DNA of 63,214 bases, counting the filler, from Lenisia limosa (Eukaryota; Protista; Breviatea), in NCBI GenBank assembly GCA_001655205.1. It is 14 parts of 14 records of this genome, joined end to end, with 100 filler letters (N's around TTAATTAATTAA, not from the genome) between each part and the next. Parts side by side here need not be neighbours in the genome. Positions count along the whole stretch, not along the records: positions 56,433 to 58,937 come from LPNZ01008187.1; positions 59,038 to 61,884 come from LPNZ01000159.1; positions 61,985 to 63,214 come from LPNZ01003559.1; 11 more parts are not named here. One strand, given 5' to 3'. Position numbers and translations under genes: made by a program. Shown here in pieces: positions 56,433 through 63,214 of this stretch. The notes below the pieces were generated by a model. It saw only the letters and a list, made by a program, of their open reading frames with translations. It did no database searches and was not told where the DNA came from. Every line of letters starts with the position of its first letter. The stretch's first letter is position 1.

Positions 56433-58244
56433 ACGGCGAACCTTCCGCTCGGGATATGGCAGGAGCAAGGCCTCGAACCACATCGAGGAGGACGGTACTC
56501 AGACGATAGCGCTGTCGTAGGTCTGTGAAGCGCCAGAGGGAGGAACTGGAGGCGATTGCTCCGACAACCTGGGAGGGGGGAGTAAAATTGGAAAATTTAT
56601 GAGGAAAAAAAAAAACCACAAATCAAGGTCAAAAGTTGGAAATTTCGATGAAGAATATGGAGTAAATATGGCCAATTGATGAAACAAAACATTCTCATTT
56701 ACACATACGTATATATAAGTATTTTGTGTCATTTCTCACCTCCTGTATGGAATCGACAAAGCCTGCTGCCTCGCGAGTGCTCAAAGTCGCCAACCCGCCT
56801 CCTGGTATGTCAACGGTTTTAAATTATGATGGAAGAGACGAATGTCAGCGGTGATGGAGAGAGATGCTTATGTTTCTAGTGTTTATGATGGAAGGATGGT
56901 ATGTTTGTGGTAATTTGGGGTTCAGTTCCTTTCCCTTAAAAGCAAATTCAAGCCCACAATAGAGGGTTTCAACTCCTCCTCCTCCCCCTCACAACGTTTA
57001 TGAAGAAAGGACGTATATTGGTGGTGTTTATAATGGAAACGGCTTATCCCCCTCTACCCCCACCAAGCGTCTGCAGGAGAGATCTGACCTGACTAGGCAT
57101 ATTTGCTTGATTCTGCTTCAGCTATAGAGTCAAAATGAATCTTTAGAGATATGAAATAAAAAATAAGGTTGTATCTGGCCAAAGCCGTCCACATCATCAC
57201 GCTTATAGGAGATATTGGATTATAGTATAATATTACTAGAGAAATATTAACAGAAGTATTATATTGTATTGAAGTTAATAAGGGTCAAAGTATCCGTTAT
57301 GCTCAATTGACACACACAAAAAAAAGCTTCAACACACAACACTTTGTCCCCCTTTTTATTCCATCACCCCCCACCCCCCNNNNNNNNNNNNNNNNNNNNN
57401 NNNNNNNNNNNNNNNNNNNNNNNNNNNNNNNNNNNNNNNNNNNNNNNNNNNNNNNNNNNNNNNNNNNGCTGCCATGAGCTGGCTGATGCAAGACGTAAAC
57501 GCGAGTGTGATAGGGAAGAGTCCTAAGGAAATGAGGACAGTGGTGAGGTTAAACAAAGATCAATGTTTTTGTACATTTTATCGTGGCAGGCAGAAAACTG
57601 TGTACACAGAGTTGTAAGGCAAATGATTGGGTGAATTAGTATATTGTACAAGAATAATCCAATATATTTTATAAGCGTGATGGTGTGGGCGGCTTCAGCC
57701 AGATACTATTTCAATATATTTTCCCTGACTCTTGCCTTTTCATTTCTTTACTTCGGTTCAAAAAAAAAACTGCATTTTTCGATAAATCCTCAAAAACTAT
57801 AGACAAACGTAGTGAAGCCCAATTCTAACTTCTTTCTATTTGATACTGTGCTACATTTAGAGAGGACATTAAAATATTATTCGGCAAACTTTATGTGTTT
57901 AATTACAAGAAAATCAAGATTTATGAAAGGTGTATTGCCCAGTTAATGCCAATATAGCCTAGCAAACCGGAGGGTTCCTCAACTGCCGAGCGGAGGGTCC
58001 TGAGGTATGGGAGGGGCGATGGAAGCAAACTAGGCCATAGGCAAGAGGTAACCTGGGGGGTGAGAATGGGGAATAATGAAATAATAAAAGTTTAAAATTA
58101 ACAAGAGTAAAATTGGAAAATTTGTGAAACAAAATAAGGTCCAAAATCAAAGTAAATACTATTTTTGACGAAAGAAGCACAACCCTGAGATCACAAACGA
58201 TCAAACAGTTGCGAGAGAGAGATACAGACAGAGACAGAGATACA

Positions 58245-58282
<38 letters not shown>

Positions 58283-58570
58283 AAGAAAGAAAGAGAAAGA
58301 GAGAGACAGACAGACAGACAGACAGAGACAGAGACAGAGACAGAGACAGAGACAAGGGCAGAGACAGAGACAGAGACAGAGAGCGAGAGACCATATCATA
58401 TTTGTAATATGCAACACACCAAATTACCCCCCCTTACTCACCTGTACGGGGTACGACGTCGCTAAACTAGCCAGGCATTTAAGGGCAGCAACAACAACAG
58501 TGGTGGTGATTCTGAGTCTTTTCCCTTGTGAAGTCTCTTCGTAGTCTCCAGCCATGTCAGACTGCAATGT
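56433..58570 (-). CDS. Multi-exon gene fragment, helical/HEAT-like
   Basis: ITTTVVVAALKCLASLATSYPVQ; LPLAYGLVCFH; TLPYHTRVYVLHQP; LWRFTDLRQRYRLSTVLLDVVRGLAPAI. Confidence 0.55.
58212..58390. repeat. Compound intronic microsatellite (GA/CA/GAAA/GACA/GAGACA)
   Basis: Read directly; produces spurious SL/RQ-repeat ORFs. Confidence 0.95.
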
Positions 58571-59145
58571 TAAATTTGTACCGTTGTGACCTTTTCGAGT
58601 AAAATTACTAATGTTGCTAGTTCTATGTTTTGAATATTCCTTAATGATATTATTAGGGCTCCGTGCAATCATTTGAAACATTAATTGCAAAAGTTAAAGT
58701 CGGACATATTATAACGAGAACCCTATCCCATACACTTTAATTACTAATTTTGTCAATACATTTCCCCAAAAAATTGATTGCACGGGGTCGTGCTGTGTAA
58801 TTGTTTTTGTACATATATTTGTATATTATAGAGATTCGAAATAGCAAGATCGGTAAGCTATCGAAAGATACATATATGTCGTTTACACCCCACACCCCCA
58901 TACACTATTCAAGTAAACATATAAACCCCCCCCCCCCNNNNNNNNNNNNNNNNNNNNNNNNNNNNNNNNNNNNNNNNNNNNTTAATTAATTAANNNNNNN
59001 NNNNNNNNNNNNNNNNNNNNNNNNNNNNNNNNNNNNNGTTATCAACCCTTGTTTTGTTGTTATCAACCCTTGTTTTGTTGTTATCAACCCTTGTTTTTGG
59101 TTTTTTTTATTTGATAAATTTTCTAATTATTCCCCTCTCCCCCAC

Positions 59146-59590
59146 AGCTCATCCGAGTGTATAGAAGATCTTGAGCCTTGAGTAGTCATATCCCAGGCGT
59201 CTAAGCTGTCTGTAACTGTGGGGGAGTAAAACGAAGGAAATTTCGATGAAGAATATTGGCGTAAAGGTACTAATCAGGAACCGAATAATCTGAAACTCCA
59301 AACAAAAAACAAGCAACAACTAGACAAAAGCCAGATGACAAAAACAAGACTGAGCCAGTCTTTGAAGAGTCACCGCTCGATCGCTTCTGCAGCACCGCCT
59401 CCCATCAGAGGGGTGAAAAATATATGAAATATAAAAGCCCAAAATCAACACTTTTGGCTGACAGACCCCCTCACAGGCTCTCTGACTATTGGCAGGGTCC
59501 AAGGCTTGGAAGTAGCCGGCATAGAGAGTTTGCGTCGAACGGTGGCGCGTGGGCTTTACTAGGTCTTTTTTGGGGGAAAGTGGCTGGGAC
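59146..59590 (-). CDS. Two exons of an unknown gene
   Basis: SQPLSPKKDLVKPTRHRSTQTLYAGYFQALDPANSQRA, then phase 1 into FTDSLDAWDMTTQGSRSSIHSDEL. Confidence 0.55.
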
Positions 59591-59974
59591 TGCAGGCGTG
59601 AATTATGTTGATTAGATCTGATTGAAGCCGTTCATTGAGAACAAAAACAAACAAAAAAAAGCGTGAGCCTAGTCCGAGAAGACAAAAATACGAAATGTGA
59701 AGAATAAAACATGATAATAACAAATGCAAGGACAAAGGGATGGATTGATGCAGAAACATAATGAGAAATAAAACCAGGCTAGTCACACCGTCACGATTTG
59801 CTCTACGACTATATGCACAGAGCTATCTGAGTGTAAAATGGAAAAATGACAAAAAAAAAAACAAACAAAAAAACAAAGAGAATAATAGGTAAGGAGGTTT
59901 ATAATGTTTCATCCTATACACAGACAATGTTTAGTTGAGCTTTAATGTTGCTAAGGGTGCTCCTTCATGCTGCA

Positions 59975-60886
59975 GGTGATGGGAGGAGATGGCGAGGGCC
60001 AAGTATTTGTTTCCCTAGATTTCTAATGTATAATATATCTTTGTTTCAAAAAATAAAAAAGTCTAGGTCTTGGATGAGGATGACGGAGAGCCGTTTGCCC
60101 CTTCGGTGTCCCTGACCATCACCCTTGAAGTTGAAGTCGATGTGCGGGTGAACGCACGCCAGTTGCAACACGTGGCTCAGCCAAGACAGTAGTCCCTGAC
60201 GCATCACCCTTGAAGTTGAAGTCGATGTGCGGGTGAACGCACGCCAGTTGCAACACGTGGCTCAGCCAAGACAGTAGGGGAATGGTATTGACCAATTCTA
60301 TTTTATCTACTTGTCTTTGTTCTGCAAGACACGGTGAAGATGGGAAGTGGTTGGTACCGCAACAGGAGTTAAGTTTCAGGTGCCTCCCCTGATGCGAAAA
60401 GGCAGCCTGATCTACTTTAGGAGAGAAGAAAGAACAATCTAGATAAAGCTATTAAGAAGCAAAAGCAAATGAAGATGTTGCAGCCCAACTGGATTTAACA
60501 ATAACGTTTAAAGAAATGATAGTTAGGTTTAGCTTGAAAAACGAAACACACACCGCTACAGGTATAAAAAAACTCTTGTTTCTTTGAGGAAATTAATAAT
60601 AAGAATATAGTCATATGCATGTCGGACTTGCTTGTTTTGCCCCTACAGGAGCTTCAAGAAATCTCAAAACGAGGGTTGTTTATCTGGATATTTGATCCTG
60701 ACGCGGACGTACTATGCATCCTCAGATGTATACAGTTTTACAGCTTCTGGATATGATACTAGAGGAACAAGAACCAGAAGACGGATTTTTTATGATGTTA
60801 AAAAGAACATAAATCTTGAAGCGGAAGTGTCTCGCATATTGGCTTCAAACCCTGGTATTAGAGTAGTTCCAGTTTTAACGCCATGA
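59975..60886 (+). CDS. Multi-exon gene 3' part, unknown product
   Basis: VLDEDDGEPFAPSVSLTITLEVEVDVRVNARQLQH; terminal ORF ending ...ASNPGIRVVPVLTP-TGA. Confidence 0.45.
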
Positions 60887-61189
60887 AACTCAACATATGA
60901 TGTAATATAGAGCTACTTGCGACTGTTTTAATGGTGGAATCACACAGCCCATCATTTCAGAAACAAAATCTGGGACATAGAGGGAAAAAATACATAGAGA
61001 GATATACATTAAGTAAGTGAAATCACTTTGGAAGCCAGGAACGAATAGGAAAGCAAGTTGTCCCAGAGCCACAGTAGATACGTCGAAACAAAAAAATTCA
61101 TGACATAAATTCCATTTTGATCCTCCCCCCCTCCGGTAAATCAAAATATGCGTTTAATACTGATTGATTTCATCCAAAAATTACCTTGA

Positions 61190-61880
61190 CAGGTGGGGGT
61201 TTGAAGCCCTCGAGCTTTAAAGCAGCTTTCCAGTCCGCCTTGTGTTTGCCTGTTTTTGCTTCATTGATGACTGCGTCTGACCAGGAATCCAATAGGAACT
61301 TAAGGGAGGACACTAAGGGGGGGGGGGTAAATTTGAAAAATTTATGAATAATGCTTCACTTCGGTTCGAAAATATGTATATATCTCGATAAATCCTCGAA
61401 AACTATCGATATTTTTTGGATTTATTCAAACCGAAGTGAAACCCTGAAACAAAAAAAAAAGCCCAAAATCAACTATGGTTGCCCCAATATGATTAATACT
61501 ATCTGATTCTTCTTTCATTTATTATTTTAAAAACCCCAAATAACCCAATAATGTGTAACAATGCCATGAAAGGCCAACCCCGTCCCAGGCGCCCTACAGG
61601 CGTAATCCTTGTTGACAGACAAGCTTTCAAGAGCACGTGCCGCCTCAGCAACAGTCGCCCGGTTCCAGGCGTCAATTCGCCGCCGCTGGAGGTCGCTGAC
61701 TCGTCTGTCATCCACGCCCAACTTGCCTAAATTGGTAAGCGCTATGACAGAAATTTCCTAGTTTGGAACCCCTCCACCAATCGCTCGCGTCACAGCTCTC
61801 CCCTCCCCACCAATCGCTCGCGTCACAGCTTTTCGAACTTCCTCGGACTTATCCGATCTGAGACCAAGTAGGCCCGTGAC
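61190..61880 (-). CDS. Multi-exon gene fragment, unknown product
   Basis: SDKSEEVRKAVTRAI|GKLGVDDRRVSDLQRRRIDAWNRATVAEAARALE; SSLKFLLDSWSDAVINEAK. Confidence 0.55.
61349..61446. mobile_element. hAT-type MITE, family 1, nested in an intron 3'-end repeat
   Basis: Splits the consensus TTTGTTTCATAAATT of the acceptor repeat. Confidence 0.75.
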
Positions 61881-63214
61881 CACTNNNNNNNNNNNNNNNN
61901 NNNNNNNNNNNNNNNNNNNNNNNNNNNNTTAATTAATTAANNNNNNNNNNNNNNNNNNNNNNNNNNNNNNNNNNNNNNNNNNNNGGGGGGGGGGGAGGAT
62001 TTAGCCAAAGAGGAGAGAAATTTGGCGATAAATTTAATCTTCAATCTGTGCAATAAAGTCCCTACGAAACTGGCGTACCCTTCAATATCCCTTCTTCCCC
62101 TTAGGGCTGCACTTCAGTTCGAAAAATAACGGTAAAATATCAATAGTTTTCGAGGATGTATCAAGAGTTAAGCCTGCTTCCCTTTCTAATAAACATCGGG
62201 TGTCTCTTCTTACCTCAAGAGGAGAGAAATTCGGCTTAACCAGGTCCGCCCACNNNNNNNNNNNNNNNNNNNNNNNNNNNNNNNNNNNNNNNNNNNNNNN
62301 NNNNNNNNNNNNNNNNNNNNNNNNNNNNNNNNNNNNNNNNNNNNNNNNNNNNNNNNNNNNNNNNNNNNNNNNNCTCTAGAAAATAATCAGTAATAAAAGT
62401 GGTATTTTTATGAACAAAATTAAAAAAAATAAAAGATTAATTTCTAAAAGAGGTACAGGGAAATTCCGTCAGACTTCAACAATTCCCCTGATAAACCTAG
62501 GAGGAGGTAGTATAGAAGAAACAGAAGAGGCCTCCAAGGATATACCACCGCCACCATCAACAACAATAATATTTAACTATCACCAACATCATCAAAATCA
62601 TCATCAACCACAACAACACCACCACCAACCTTGTAATCAACGAGGGATCCAACGAAGGGCCTAAAAACGGTAGCTGGTCCCGATTCCCGCTTGTCCTAAA
62701 AAGAGTTCTAAAATACTGAATTCAATCTAATAGGAGTGGAGAGGGGGAAAAAGGCTTGAAACACAAAACTTGAAACAATAAATATTGATTACTTTTGATT
62801 ATACTATAAATGGGGAAAATTTTGGCGCGATCGTTAGAGAAGCTTAGAACACTCCCAAATCGTTTATTTAAAATCATTAGAAATGGTGGAGATCCCGGAG
62901 ATAACTGATAATCACTGTCGAAGGTTGGTGGTCACTCTGGCATCCCAAAGCCCCCTTTTGGACCTCTTTTGCGATGGTGATGATCCTATGGAATGTCAAA
63001 AAGGGTTTTCCGGAGTTATTTTCTTACTTTTGCATTTCCCTCTACTTGCTTCCCCCTCTAATTTGTGTCACGTTGTTCCCACCGAGCAGGCCCACTGAGC
63101 TTGTCCTCAAATAGAGCAGTTTCATTTTGATTTGTTTATAGCTCAATTTGGCTCTTTGTCTATTGGTTGGATCCCCCCTAACGGGTATTCTTCATTCTAT
63201 TTGTCCACACTTTG

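Noticed and set aside
57469-57542. Skp1-like exon on + (IGKSPKEMRTV)
   Set aside because: Weak similarity only; neighbouring exons and splice signals indicate a minus-strand gene.
57590-57707. GTATCT...ACAG repeat as a complete introner
   Set aside because: Homology extends beyond the AG, the flanks are not exonic, and most copies are antisense to host genes.
57959-58544. ORFs with CL/SL/RQ repeats
   Set aside because: Translations of an intronic microsatellite.
59148-59215. Overlapping convergent terminal exons
   Set aside because: The phase of the upstream exon gives an open internal minus-strand exon with a GTGGGG donor; the + frames close quickly.

Overview
Eukaryotic, intron-rich draft assembly in the standard genetic code, probably a flagellated protist. 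It is not one locus: 13 artificial 100-bp spacers (N44-TTAATTAATTAA-N44) join 14 contigs that need not be adjacent. Genes recognised by manual splicing are a Snf2/CHD-type remodeler (C-terminal part), ubiquitin-L40, a VPS13-like C-terminus, a PTPDC1-like phosphatase, Vps33, a divergent Cdc20/Fizzy WD40 protein and a SANT-domain protein; about 15 other spliced gene fragments are unidentified. Mobile DNA includes a decayed Penelope-like RT, a pogo/CENP-B-like HTH fragment, hAT MITEs with 8-bp TSDs, Tc1/mariner MITEs with TA TSDs, a 742-bp foldback and a possibly Helitron-like repeat. The most notable signal is intron architecture. Donors are G-run (GTGGGG), acceptors are C-run (CCCCACAG), and the two are near reverse complements. 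One ~100-nt repeat family forms the 3' end of introns in several unrelated genes and, inverted, supplies a donor, which suggests an introner-like system. Splice models and most unknown-gene boundaries are read by eye and approximate.
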